From an uncultured Actinomycetes bacterium (GTDB taxonomy: Bacteria; Actinomycetota; Actinomycetes; S36-B12; UBA10799): a stretch of DNA of 64,000 bases. Of the stretch, positions 1 to 9,434 are shown in pieces. The DNA lies in the NCBI GenBank assembly GCA_964556255.1, contig CAZKVQ010000001.1, forward strand, positions 48,294 through 112,293. The letters are read 5' to 3'. The notes beneath the pieces are model-generated. The model worked only from the letters and a program-made list of their open reading frames with translations, was not told where the DNA came from and ran no database searches. Position 1 is the stretch's first letter. Each line of letters begins with the position of its first letter. A program made the translations under genes and the position numbers.

Positions 1-50
1 CGGTTTCCGGTTGTGGCGCTGGCCGCGTTCGGCGGCGTAGCGTTGCTCCT

Positions 51-1397
51 ATGGCCCCGCGATCGAACACGGATGCGGACGTGGTGCAAGCCCTGCTGGC
101 GGGTGACACGTCTGCGTTGGGCGACATGTACGACCGCTACAGCGGACGGCTCTACAGCTACGCGATCACTCTGCTACACAACCCAGACGCAGCGGCGGAC
201 GCCGTGTCGGACACCTTCCTGCTCGCCGCTTCGAGGATTGGCCAGCTGCGCGATCCCTCGCGACTTCGGCCATGGCTCTATGCGATCTGCCGCAACGAGT
301 GCATGCACTACCACCGGCGCGCGACACATGTCGCCCCCCTCGAGGACTCACTTCAGATGAGCGGCACGGAGGTGGACTTCGATGCGGGCCTCGGTGCCGC
401 GGAAGCGGCGGGCCTCGTGTCCGCGGCCCTGCCCGGCCTCAACGACAACGATCGCGAAGTCATCGAACTCGCAATGCGCCACGACTTCGATGCCTCCGAG
501 ATCGGGGCCGCGCTCGGGGTGAACACGAACAACGCCTCGGCTCGGGTATCCCGCGCTCGGGGACAGTTGCAGCGCTGCATAGGCGCGCTGGTCATGTTCC
601 GGAGCGGCGGGCGTGCCTGTCCGGAGCTGAAGACGATCGTGGCCCGAGCCGAGGGGTTCGACGCCCTGACCCGGAAGAGGGTCGCCCGCCACATCGACGA
701 TTGCGACGAGTGCTCGAAAGTGAAAAAGTCGGCGATGCTGGAGATCGCCATGGCGAGCGCCCTGCCGATCGCCGCTGCGCCGACCGGACTTCGCGAACGC
801 GTCTTCTCCGAAGCCGCCACGTCTCGAGCGGCCACCCTTGACGCGGGTCGTCGACCGTTCGACTCCCAAGGCTGGCCACGCCCACCCGCGCGCAGAGGCA
901 GGCTCCTGCTCCTCGGGGCCACCGCGGCCGGGGTACTCGTCGCCTTGTTGGCTGTCGGATTATCTGTCGGACCGATGGCCGAGGGGAACGTGCAGCAGGT
1001 GATGGCGGAGGCATCCCAGGCACCTACTGCGGTCACGAGCACGCAGGGTGCCGGGGCGCCATCCGGTGTCGTGAGCAGTGTTCCACCCGCGGTGGCGATA
1101 GCGGTGACGGGATCGCAGAGGCTGGCGGTCGCTGCCAGTCCGCTGGCGCCGGAGCCAAGCCAAGCCCAGGAGACACCAGCGCCCGAGCCGACTTTTGTCA
1201 CCCCTGACAGTCCGGTGACGACGTATCAGCCGCCGGAAACGTCTGCCCCGGCGGACTCCCCCACCTCGACGGCCCCCAACGACCCCACCTACCCCAGCGA
1301 TCCGCCACCGGCGGACCAGCCCACGCTGCAGCCGCCACCCACCGACTACCTCACGGTGCCCGACGTTCCGCCGGTGACGGGCCCGACTGCACGGTGA
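51..1397 (+). CDS. ECF-type sigma-70 factor fused in one ORF to a zinc-finger anti-sigma-like domain, one TM helix and a Pro/Thr-rich tail
   Basis: Sigma region 2 (RPWLYAICRNE) and region 4 HTH (EIGAALGVNTNNASARVSRARGQL) are followed by C190...H214-x3-C-x2-C221 (HIDDCDEC). A TM helix (LLLLGATAAGVLVALLAVGLSVG) and a P/T/S-rich C-terminus follow, with no stop codon in between. Confidence 0.75.
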   Translation: MAPRSNTDADVVQALLAGDTSALGDMYDRYSGRLYSYAITLLHNPDAAADAVSDTFLLAASRIGQLRDPSRLRPWLYAICRNECMHYHRRATHVAPLEDSLQMSGTEVDFDAGLGAAEAAGLVSAALPGLNDNDREVIELAMRHDFDASEIGAALGVNTNNASARVSRARGQLQRCIGALVMFRSGGRACPELKTIVARAEGFDALTRKRVARHIDDCDECSKVKKSAMLEIAMASALPIAAAPTGLRERVFSEAATSRAATLDAGRRPFDSQGWPRPPARRGRLLLLGATAAGVLVALLAVGLSVGPMAEGNVQQVMAEASQAPTAVTSTQGAGAPSGVVSSVPPAVAIAVTGSQRLAVAASPLAPEPSQAQETPAPEPTFVTPDSPVTTYQPPETSAPADSPTSTAPNDPTYPSDPPPADQPTLQPPPTDYLTVPDVPPVTGPTAR

Positions 1398-1415
1398 TCG
1401 CCGGCCGACCTCGGA

Positions 1416-2345
1416 TCAGGCGGAGTTGAAGGTGTCGCAGGCAGCCATCGAACCTTGGCTATAGCCGCGGTCGAACCACTGCTGTCGCTGTGCCGAAGAC
1501 CCGTGGGTGAACTTCTCCGGGTTGACCCTCATCCCCGCGCTGGACATTATCGCGTCGTCACCCACGGCCGACGCCGCATTGAGGGCCTCGTTGTAGTCGG
1601 CCTGGGTGATCTTCACGTTTCCGTTGTCATTGGCCAGCCGACCCCACACGCCCGCGAGGCAGTCCGCCTGGAGCTCCATCTTTACGCTCAGGGCGTTCGC
1701 CTGCCGCGGGTTGCGCTGTTGCGCCTGACGCACCTGACGTTCGATCCCGGTGATGTTCTGAATGTGGTGGCCGACCTCGTGGGCGATGATGTAGGCCTGT
1801 GCGTAGCGGCCATCTGCTCCGTAGTTCCGCTGCAGCTTGTTCAGGAAGTTCAGGTCGATATAGACCCGCTGGTCACCCGGGCAGTAGAAGGGCCCGGCGG
1901 CAGAGGTGGCCGAACCGCACCCGCCCGTCTGTACCGATCCGGAGTAATAGACCAACCTGGGCTGCTTGTACTGCTGACCGGTGCGCGCGAACTCCTGCGT
2001 CCACACCTCGTTCGTCTCGTTGAAGGACTTCAGGACGAAGCAGTCATCCTGGGTGGCAATGGCCTCGGCCGTTGAGCATCTGGCCGCCAGATTTCCTGAG
2101 GCGGCCGAAGTCGCGGCGGAGGTCGGCGCCGTGATCTGGGGCTGGGAGGCCCCCGTGAGCGCGCTGGGGTCGACGCCCAGCAGAAGCGCGATGATCAGGC
2201 CGATGACACCGAGTCCGCCCACCCCGGCACCGATCGCGCCGCCGGGGATACCGCCTCCTCCGCCGCGCCGGTCGTCGAGGCCAGACGTATCGACCCGATT
2301 GTCATCGAACTCCACGCTTCCGCCTCTCTGTCGGCAGGGCGGCAC
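1416..2345 (-). CDS. YpfJ-family putative neutral zinc metallopeptidase (membrane anchored)
   Basis: HExxH motif (AHEVGHH), an N-terminal Gly-rich segment plus TM, and the FYCPGDQRVYIDLNF block typical of YpfJ/Zn_peptidase. The start may be the GTG at 2315. Confidence 0.8.
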   Translation of the reverse strand: MPPCRQRGGSVEFDDNRVDTSGLDDRRGGGGGIPGGAIGAGVGGLGVIGLIIALLLGVDPSALTGASQPQITAPTSAATSAASGNLAARCSTAEAIATQDDCFVLKSFNETNEVWTQEFARTGQQYKQPRLVYYSGSVQTGGCGSATSAAGPFYCPGDQRVYIDLNFLNKLQRNYGADGRYAQAYIIAHEVGHHIQNITGIERQVRQAQQRNPRQANALSVKMELQADCLAGVWGRLANDNGNVKITQADYNEALNAASAVGDDAIMSSAGMRVNPEKFTHGSSAQRQQWFDRGYSQGSMAACDTFNSA

Positions 2346-2460
2346 ATGACCGTGGCCGCGCGTCTCTTAAGGGAAAATACCCGATCCCTGCGTGGGAGGC
2401 GCCTCCGGTGGCGGCACGGCGAACCCATCTGGCTACCGGTTCTTTGCCAGAATTCGCACC

Positions 2461-2985
2461 ATGCCCCGACCGCACATCTCGGTGTTCATCGCCCACTCCG
2501 TCGACGGCTACATCGCCACAGACGACGATTCGTTGGACTGGCTGATGGCGGCCGGCGCAGAAGGGGAGGACTACGGATTCGACGAATTCCTCGCCGAGAT
2601 CGACGTGGTGGCCATGGGGAGCTCAACCTACGACTTCATCAAGGATTTCCCGGAGTTGCCGTACCGCGATCGACCCGTGCATGTGTTCACACGTCGGGAC
2701 CTCGGCCCACGTGAGGGCTTCGAGTTCTACGCCAGGACCCCGGCGGAGGCAGTGACGAGTTGGCAGGAGCGGGGCTTCCGGCGCGTGTACCTCGACGGCG
2801 GAAGACTCATCAGCCAGTTCCTCGATGCTGGGCTTGTGGACGAGTTGACGCTGACCACCGTTCCGGTCCTTCTCGGCTCGGGCAAACCCCTGTTCCACCG
2901 AATCACTCATGGCACGCAGCTGCGGCTCGTCGACAGCCAGGTGTTCCCGAGTGGGATGGTGAATCTCCGATACCGCCCTACCTGA
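2461..2985 (+). CDS. RibD C-terminal / dihydrofolate-reductase-like family protein
   Basis: N-terminus MPRPHISVFIAHSVDGYIATDDDSLDWL and C-terminus GGRLISQFLDAGLVDELTLTTVPVLLGSGKPLF. I chose the internal ATG at 2461 within ORF 2392-2985. Confidence 0.7.
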   Translation: MPRPHISVFIAHSVDGYIATDDDSLDWLMAAGAEGEDYGFDEFLAEIDVVAMGSSTYDFIKDFPELPYRDRPVHVFTRRDLGPREGFEFYARTPAEAVTSWQERGFRRVYLDGGRLISQFLDAGLVDELTLTTVPVLLGSGKPLFHRITHGTQLRLVDSQVFPSGMVNLRYRPT

Positions 2986-3018
2986 AGACCCCGTGACGCC
3001 AAGAACTGGAGGGCTTCG

Positions 3019-4026
3019 ATGATGAACGAGCAGCATCCGCTGTGGGCGGCCCGAGCCCGGGTGTGCTGGACCACGCTGACGTCGCGGTGCATCCGCGATA
3101 GTGGCGATAAGGTCGTCGTCCACGAGCCGGGACGGCGGCGCCCCCTTGCCGCCTGGCCCCTGAGCCAAGTCCTATGGGCTTCCTGCTTGCTCGCCCAGTT
3201 GGCCGAGGCCCCCGGGCGGTACTCGCCGACGGCGCTGTGGCCCGCTCTGACCCGCTATCGGTCCGGGCCCGGTTACCTGGACAACCGTCCCCGCGGTCGT
3301 CGCTACTACGACGACAACGCATGGCTGGGGCTTGCCGCAGCGCAGGAAGCCCTTCTCACCGATGGCGCCGACCCGTGGTGGGACCGGGCGACAGAGCTCG
3401 CGCTGTACCTCGCCAGGGCACAACACTCCGACGGTGGCGTCGACTGGGTCGAGGGTGGCACGACCGTGAACGCCTGTTCCACCGGTTCCGTCGGTCTGCT
3501 GATGGCGGTAGTGGCCGATGCCCAGCCATCGGGGGCGGCGCGCAGCGCCTGGAACGACCGGGCGGCCGCGGCCCGCGACTTCCTGCAAGGTCCACTGATG
3601 CGCAGTGACGGGTTGGTCGGGGACCATCTCACCGCATCGCGCACATTGGAACCCACCGTGTGGATGTACAACCAGGGACTGCTGCTGCAACTCCTCGCCC
3701 GGAGCCCCGGCTCACTGACTGCCGCACGGTTGTTCGCCGACCGGGTTGAGCAACAGGTGGCACCGCAGGAGATGGCGCGCCAGCCAGCTGTCTTCACCAG
3801 CATGTGGTGGCGAGCGAAGCTCGTGCTGGCCGCGCAGGATCCGGATGTCGATGTTTCGGGCGTCGAGGCTTTCCTTTCCGACGCGTGGGAGCGTGGTCGG
3901 GCATCTGGCGGCTTCTTGAGTGCGCTGTCGCGCTATGACGACGGCGTCGTCCTCGATCATGCTGCGGTCACAGGGCTGATGGCCGCCTATGCCTTGGGAC
4001 CGGGTTCCTGGGATCGGCTGCTCTGA
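3019..4026 (+). CDS. Glycoside hydrolase family 76-like protein
   Basis: YYDDNAWLGLA motif and an alpha/alpha-toroid-like repeat pattern. No signal peptide is seen. Confidence 0.55.
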   Translation: MMNEQHPLWAARARVCWTTLTSRCIRDSGDKVVVHEPGRRRPLAAWPLSQVLWASCLLAQLAEAPGRYSPTALWPALTRYRSGPGYLDNRPRGRRYYDDNAWLGLAAAQEALLTDGADPWWDRATELALYLARAQHSDGGVDWVEGGTTVNACSTGSVGLLMAVVADAQPSGAARSAWNDRAAAARDFLQGPLMRSDGLVGDHLTASRTLEPTVWMYNQGLLLQLLARSPGSLTAARLFADRVEQQVAPQEMARQPAVFTSMWWRAKLVLAAQDPDVDVSGVEAFLSDAWERGRASGGFLSALSRYDDGVVLDHAAVTGLMAAYALGPGSWDRLL

Positions 4027-4091
4027 GGCAGTCTGTTGTGGGGCCAGCCCATTGGGATGCGCAGCCGGCCGTCGACATCCTTACGCCCCCG

Positions 4092-4128
4092 TAACCTACG
4101 ATTGCGTAAGTTACGGTACCGTAGGTTA
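4092..4128. promoter_or_regulatory. Nested inverted repeats (candidate operator) abutting the start codon of the reductase-desaturase operon
   Basis: TAACCTACG (4092-4100) pairs with CGTAGGTTA (4120-4128). They flank the near-palindrome CGTAAGTTACG (4105-4115). The GTG start lies at 4130. Confidence 0.4.
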
Positions 4129-4129
4129 G

Positions 4130-5176
4130 GTGAATGCGATCCTCCGTGCCGCACAGCGGCTCACCACCCCCCTTCTGCCGGATGACTACTTGACCCTGGT
4201 AGACCCGCTGTGGTCGAGCACCCGCATCCGGGCACGAGTCGTCTCGCTGAGTCGAGAGACACCCGACACGGTGACCGCCCACCTGCGCCCGTCTCGTCAC
4301 CTGCCGCGACGTGCGGGCCAGTACGTGCGCCTCGGAGTTGACCTCGACGGAGTTCGCCACTGGCGTTCATACTCCATCAGTTCGGCACCAGACGCCGCGG
4401 TCGTTTCCATCACCGTCAAGCGCATCGACGGCGGTCTCGTGTCCACCTACCTGACGCGGCGACTCCGGCCCGGCGACGTGGTGCACCTCGAAGCGCCCCA
4501 GGGCGACTTCGTGCTGCCGGTAGACGATCGCGCGGCCCAGGTACTCCTCGTCGGCGCCGGCTCCGGACTCACCCCGATCATCTCGATGCTGCGAGATCAG
4601 CGACAGCATCAGACCATCGGACACGCAACGCTGGTGGCGATAGCGCGCAGCAAGCAGAACCTGCTCTTCCGAGAAGAGCTGCAGATGCTGGCCAGGGAGT
4701 GCGCATGGCTGGATGTGCGTGTTTTCCTCACGGCGGAGACCGGGCGACCCGACATCGCAGCGCTCGCGCGGGCAGGGAGCCCGGAGCGTGCGCCACAGGC
4801 CTGGGTGTGCGGACCGGCCGACGTGCTTGAGAGCGCGGAACACGCCTGGAGCGAGGCCGGACTGCGCAATCGATTGACGATGGAACGATTCCACACACCG
4901 GCCTTCGCCGAGCCGGGCACGGGCGGCACCGTCACCTTCACCACGACCCGCCGAACGGTCCAACTTGACGGGACCACCAGCATCCTGGCCGCGGCAGAGA
5001 ATGCGGGCATCCTGATGCCCCACGGATGCCGGATGGGCATCTGCCACAACTGCGTACTGCCCAAGAACAGCGGGCGCGTACAGGACCTGCGCGACGGCCG
5101 CATCAGCGGGGACACCGATGACCTTGTTCAGACCTGCGTCTCGACCCCGGTCGGGGACGTCGAGATCGACCTCTAG
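4130..5176 (+). CDS. Ferredoxin-NAD(P) reductase-type oxidoreductase (FAD/NAD domain plus C-terminal 2Fe-2S ferredoxin), desaturase partner
   Basis: RSYSISS flavin-binding motif, GAGSGLTP NAD motif, and the C-terminal C-x4-C-x2-C cluster (CRMGICHNC). It sits immediately upstream of the desaturase. Confidence 0.8.
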   Translation: MNAILRAAQRLTTPLLPDDYLTLVDPLWSSTRIRARVVSLSRETPDTVTAHLRPSRHLPRRAGQYVRLGVDLDGVRHWRSYSISSAPDAAVVSITVKRIDGGLVSTYLTRRLRPGDVVHLEAPQGDFVLPVDDRAAQVLLVGAGSGLTPIISMLRDQRQHQTIGHATLVAIARSKQNLLFREELQMLARECAWLDVRVFLTAETGRPDIAALARAGSPERAPQAWVCGPADVLESAEHAWSEAGLRNRLTMERFHTPAFAEPGTGGTVTFTTTRRTVQLDGTTSILAAAENAGILMPHGCRMGICHNCVLPKNSGRVQDLRDGRISGDTDDLVQTCVSTPVGDVEIDL

Positions 5177-5184
5177 GAGCACCC

Positions 5185-6258
5185 ATGACCACCACCAAAC
5201 CTGCCCTCTCCGCCAGCCAGATCAACGACTTCGGAAAGCGTCTGGACACGATTCGCCAGAGCGTCCTCGATGATCTTGGCGCCGACGACGCCGCGTACAT
5301 CCACCGCCTGATCGCGATCCAACGAGGGCTCGAAGTCTCGGCGCGCGCCACCCTGCTGTTCTCGCTCCTGCCACCTGCCTGGTTGGCCGGCACGACCATG
5401 CTGAGCCTGGCCAAGATCCTCGAGAACATGGAACTCGGGCACAACATCCTCCACGGGCAGTGGGACTGGATGCGCGATCCCGAGATCCACTCGACCACCT
5501 GGGAGTGGGACAGCGCGATAAGCGCCGATGACTGGAAGAAGTCGCACAACGCCATGCATCACACGTGGACAAATGTGATCGGCAAGGATCTGGACGTCGG
5601 GTACGGACGCCTGCGGGTAACGTCGGATCAGCCGTGGCAGCCCGAACATCTCCTCCAGGTTCCACTGAACGTGCTGATCGCCCTCTTCTTCGAGTACGGA
5701 ATCGCCATGTACGACGCGGCGCAGGAGAGCGACGCGCGAGGTGAGGGTCGGGGCAGCGCCTTGAAGTCGATGTGGCGCAAGGTGAAGCCGCAGGCAATCA
5801 AGGACTACCTCGCCTGGCCGCTACTCTCCGGGATCTCGGCTCCCACAACGCTTACGGCAAATCTCACCGCCAACATCGTCCGCAACGTCTGGACACACAC
5901 CATCATCTTCTGCGGCCACTTCCCCGACGACGTCGAGTTCTTCACCGAGGAACAGATCGTCGACGAGACCCGAGGCGAGTGGTACCTGCGCCAACTGCAG
6001 GGCTCGGCCAACATCTCCGGCGGCCCGCTGTTCCACATCATGAGCGGCAACCTGAGCCACCAGATCGAACATCACCTGTTTCCCGATCTGCCCTCGAACC
6101 GGTACTCCGACATCGCCCCGCAAGTGCAACAGCTCTGCCAGGAGTACGGCTTGCCCTACACGACCGGACCGTTGGCCAAACAGAGTGCCCAGGTGTGGCG
6201 CTCGCTGGCCCTACTCTCACTGCCTGATCCGGCCCCCGCGGAAGCCCCGGCTGCCTGA
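5185..6258 (+). CDS. Membrane fatty acid (acyl-CoA) desaturase, DesA3-like
   Basis: Three histidine boxes are present: HNILHGQWDW, HNAMHHTWTN and HQIEHHLFP. The reductase-then-desaturase order matches the mycobacterial Rv3230c-desA3 pair (from memory). Confidence 0.85.
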   Translation: MTTTKPALSASQINDFGKRLDTIRQSVLDDLGADDAAYIHRLIAIQRGLEVSARATLLFSLLPPAWLAGTTMLSLAKILENMELGHNILHGQWDWMRDPEIHSTTWEWDSAISADDWKKSHNAMHHTWTNVIGKDLDVGYGRLRVTSDQPWQPEHLLQVPLNVLIALFFEYGIAMYDAAQESDARGEGRGSALKSMWRKVKPQAIKDYLAWPLLSGISAPTTLTANLTANIVRNVWTHTIIFCGHFPDDVEFFTEEQIVDETRGEWYLRQLQGSANISGGPLFHIMSGNLSHQIEHHLFPDLPSNRYSDIAPQVQQLCQEYGLPYTTGPLAKQSAQVWRSLALLSLPDPAPAEAPAA

Positions 6259-6368
6259 CGACGCGCCCTGCGTCTCCCGAGGCGCGGGAAGCGGGGTCGT
6301 GCCGCCGATGACCGGAATCGGTCCACCTGGCCGCTCGGTACCGACAGGGCGCAGGCCACAATTACCCA

Positions 6369-7532
6369 GTGCGCTTCCCCCACGCTGTGGCCGCCCTGGG
6401 CCTCGTCGTCCTGACGGCGTGCGCCGGATCTCTGGCAAGCACCCCCGGCGGCGCGGGGTCGCCCTCCGAGGTACCTGTGCGTGACGGGTCGCGGTTCGTG
6501 GCCATGAACGCAGGAGGGGCCGAACGCCCTGCACACCAGGGCGGGTGCCCCGATCCCGCCCAGTTCGACACCACCACGCTGGCGCGGTCGTTGATCATGG
6601 TCGGAGTTTCAGGGGACACCACCGAGATACCTGCCTGGCTCGGGGCGGACGGCACGCCGGGTTCCGGTGCCTTCGTCATCGACGGCGAGGATGGCCTGAG
6701 CTCTGGGTCATTCGCCGCTCTGGCGAGAGAGCCCGACTCGCCACTTATCGCCGTCGACTACGAGGGCGGACTGGTCAGTCGACACGCTTTCCAGTTCTCC
6801 GAGGCGCCTTCCGCAGCCGAGCAGGCGGCGCAATCAACACCGTCGCAGGTGCGCGAAATCGCAGCCGCCAAGGGCCGCGCGATGAGGTCCGTAGGGGTCA
6901 ACTCCGACTTCGCCCGGGTGGTGGACCTGAACCTCGGCAGCCCCATCGTCGGCTCGAGGTCCTTTGGCTCTGAGCCGGACCAGGTGATTGCCTACGCCGG
7001 TGCCTTCGCGGCTGGACTGCACGATGCCGGCGTGCTGCCGGTGCTCAAGCACTTCCCGGGGCATGGTTCCGCGGCTGGTGACTCTCATCAGGGTCTGCCC
7101 ACCACGGACTCCTGGGATCAACTTCGTTCCAGGGATCTGCTGCCCTATCGCAGCCTGCTGGCCCAACCCGGTCCATGGGCCGTCATGGTGGGGCACCTGC
7201 ACGTACCCGGACTCTCCAGCGACGGTGAACTGCCGACGTCGCTAGACCCGGCGACCTACCGGGTCTTGCGTGATGACCTGCATTTCACCGGGCCGGCCAT
7301 CACCGACGACCTTGCCGACATGCGAGCGGTGACGGATCGGATGAGCACCCCCGAGGCCGTCGTTCGCGCCATCGCCGCGGGTGCGGACCAGGCGCTGCTC
7401 GCCGAACCTGACAACTATCAGGCCGCTGTGGCAGCGCTTGCGGACTGGGGTGCCGCCGATGTCGGGCATCGTCAGCGCATGCTGGAGGCCGCCCGAAGGC
7501 TGGCGACCGTGCTGCCCTGCGGCCGCAATTGA
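6369..7532 (+). CDS. Glycoside hydrolase family 3 lipoprotein (NagZ-like beta-N-acetylhexosaminidase)
   Basis: Lipobox LTAC after a signal peptide, and the GH3 motif KHFPGHGSAAGDSH. Confidence 0.8.
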   Translation: MRFPHAVAALGLVVLTACAGSLASTPGGAGSPSEVPVRDGSRFVAMNAGGAERPAHQGGCPDPAQFDTTTLARSLIMVGVSGDTTEIPAWLGADGTPGSGAFVIDGEDGLSSGSFAALAREPDSPLIAVDYEGGLVSRHAFQFSEAPSAAEQAAQSTPSQVREIAAAKGRAMRSVGVNSDFARVVDLNLGSPIVGSRSFGSEPDQVIAYAGAFAAGLHDAGVLPVLKHFPGHGSAAGDSHQGLPTTDSWDQLRSRDLLPYRSLLAQPGPWAVMVGHLHVPGLSSDGELPTSLDPATYRVLRDDLHFTGPAITDDLADMRAVTDRMSTPEAVVRAIAAGADQALLAEPDNYQAAVAALADWGAADVGHRQRMLEAARRLATVLPCGRN

Positions 7533-7545
7533 GCGACGTCCGGGG

Positions 7546-9273
7546 TCAGGCGGAGTACGCGACCTCACCGTCGATGCGGGTCTCCGAGCACGTGATGGCG
7601 TCCCACGACATTGGGTCGGCCGTCCAAGGGTTGTCGCTCAGGATCGCGTAGTCGGCGCGCTTCCCGACTTCCAGAGTCCCCCGATCATCGGCATGGATCT
7701 GCCAGGCCGCATCCACCGTGATCGCCTTCAGGGCGGTTTCCGGATCGACGCACTCCGCAGGGTTCAGGACTTCGTTGTTGTCCTTCATGATTCGAGTCAC
7801 CGCCGTCTTGGCGGACAACAGTGGATGGAACGGCGTGACGTTGTAGTCCGAGTGCAACGAAGGACGCAGCCCTGCCCCGACGGCAGTCTTGACCATGTCC
7901 AAGCGGTTGGCCCGCTCCGGGCCGAGAATCACGTCGCGGAAGACCCGGCCCCAGTAGTAGACGTGGTTCATGAGGAAGGACGGTGACACGCCGATCGCCG
8001 CCATCCGACCGAAGCTGTTCGGGAAGGCGAATGAGACGTGCTCCATCCGGTGCCGCAGGTCCGTTCCTGCACGACCCTTGAGGGCAGACTCATAGGCCTC
8101 CAGTGCGAACTCCACGGCCGCATCACCGTTGGCGTGCACCATCAACTGCCAACCCCCGTCGAGGCCGGCATTGACCAGCGCGAGCACTTCCTCCGGTGTC
8201 ATGTTGGCGTGCCCACCCGAGTTCTCCTCCAGGTAGGGCTGCTCGAAGTAGCCGGACCGACCCTGGTTGGAACCGTCGGTGACGATCTTCCAGGCGTCGG
8301 TTCGCACCATGGCGTCGCCGCCGAAGGGAGTGACCCCGGCCTGCTTCCAGGCATCAGCCCCCAGCAGCGCCCACTGCGCAGTGGACACCCGCGTCGGCAA
8401 CCGTCGCATGCCATTGAGCTGGTGCAGCAGACCGGGCTCACCGGTTCCGATCACAACACCCGTCGCGGCCTCCCGAACCGAGGTGATGCCCACTTTGGCC
8501 GCGTCGTTGAGGATCTGGATTATCGTTCCTGCCGCGGCCTGCTGGTCGGGCTGCGGAACCACAGCGAGGAAGGGCGTGATGGCGCCACCCTCGCTCAGCA
8601 CCCCGGTCAATTTGCCATCCACCCGCTCGAACGTGCCGCCGGCCGGGTTGGGGGCATCGTCAGCGATGCCGGCGATCTTCAGCGCCTGGCTATTGACGTA
8701 GGCGAAGTGCATCGAGGCGTTGAGGACGAAGACCGGATTGTCGGGCGACACCTTGTCGAGGATGTCCCGCGTCAGATCCGGCTCACCCTCATAGAGGCTC
8801 GGGTCGAACAGTTTGCCCGTGACCCAGCCGCCAGCCGGTGTCTTCTCGGCCACCGCTTTCACCGTCGCCACAACGTCATCGAAGGTCGGGTTCGCGATCG
8901 GCGACAGGTCCGGCCACGGGTAGACCAGCATGGTGGTCCAGATGTGCATGTGAGGTTCGATGAGTCCCGGCGAGATGACGCCATCGCCCTGCTTGATGAT
9001 CTCGGTCCCCGGACCGACCAGGGCATCCAGATCGGCAGCGGAGCCGACTCCGGTGATGACCCCGCCGGATACCGCGATGCCCTCAGCTTCGGGAGCGCCC
9101 GGCACTCCGGTAGCCACCCGACCGAGCACCACGAGATCGGCCTTTGCCGTCACCGGACGGACGTCTGCCTCCACCGGGTCGGACGGGCGCGCGGTCAGCT
9201 GGGAGGCCATCACCGAATGCAACGGATTCGGGGTGCAGCACGAAAGCTCGACGGAGTCAGATGAACGGTGCAT
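7546..9273 (-). CDS. Amidohydrolase family protein (Amidohydro_3 / YtcJ-like), paralog 1
   Basis: Metal-binding motif PGLIEPHMHIW, plus HANGD and HSD blocks. The start is uncertain (9291, 9273 or 9210). Confidence 0.8.
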   Translation of the reverse strand: MHRSSDSVELSCCTPNPLHSVMASQLTARPSDPVEADVRPVTAKADLVVLGRVATGVPGAPEAEGIAVSGGVITGVGSAADLDALVGPGTEIIKQGDGVISPGLIEPHMHIWTTMLVYPWPDLSPIANPTFDDVVATVKAVAEKTPAGGWVTGKLFDPSLYEGEPDLTRDILDKVSPDNPVFVLNASMHFAYVNSQALKIAGIADDAPNPAGGTFERVDGKLTGVLSEGGAITPFLAVVPQPDQQAAAGTIIQILNDAAKVGITSVREAATGVVIGTGEPGLLHQLNGMRRLPTRVSTAQWALLGADAWKQAGVTPFGGDAMVRTDAWKIVTDGSNQGRSGYFEQPYLEENSGGHANMTPEEVLALVNAGLDGGWQLMVHANGDAAVEFALEAYESALKGRAGTDLRHRMEHVSFAFPNSFGRMAAIGVSPSFLMNHVYYWGRVFRDVILGPERANRLDMVKTAVGAGLRPSLHSDYNVTPFHPLLSAKTAVTRIMKDNNEVLNPAECVDPETALKAITVDAAWQIHADDRGTLEVGKRADYAILSDNPWTADPMSWDAITCSETRIDGEVAYSA

Positions 9274-9434
9274 GGGTTTCCCATCCCTCAATTAGGTCGA
9301 CAACTCACAGTGGAGTATGTCAGCACAGGGGTCGCTGGTGCCTGTCGAAGCACGCCCGGGAACCACGGATTCCCGGTGCCAACCAGCGCAACAACGCTTG
9401 GCATCCGAGCGCATTCCGGTGCTACTTTCCCCGA

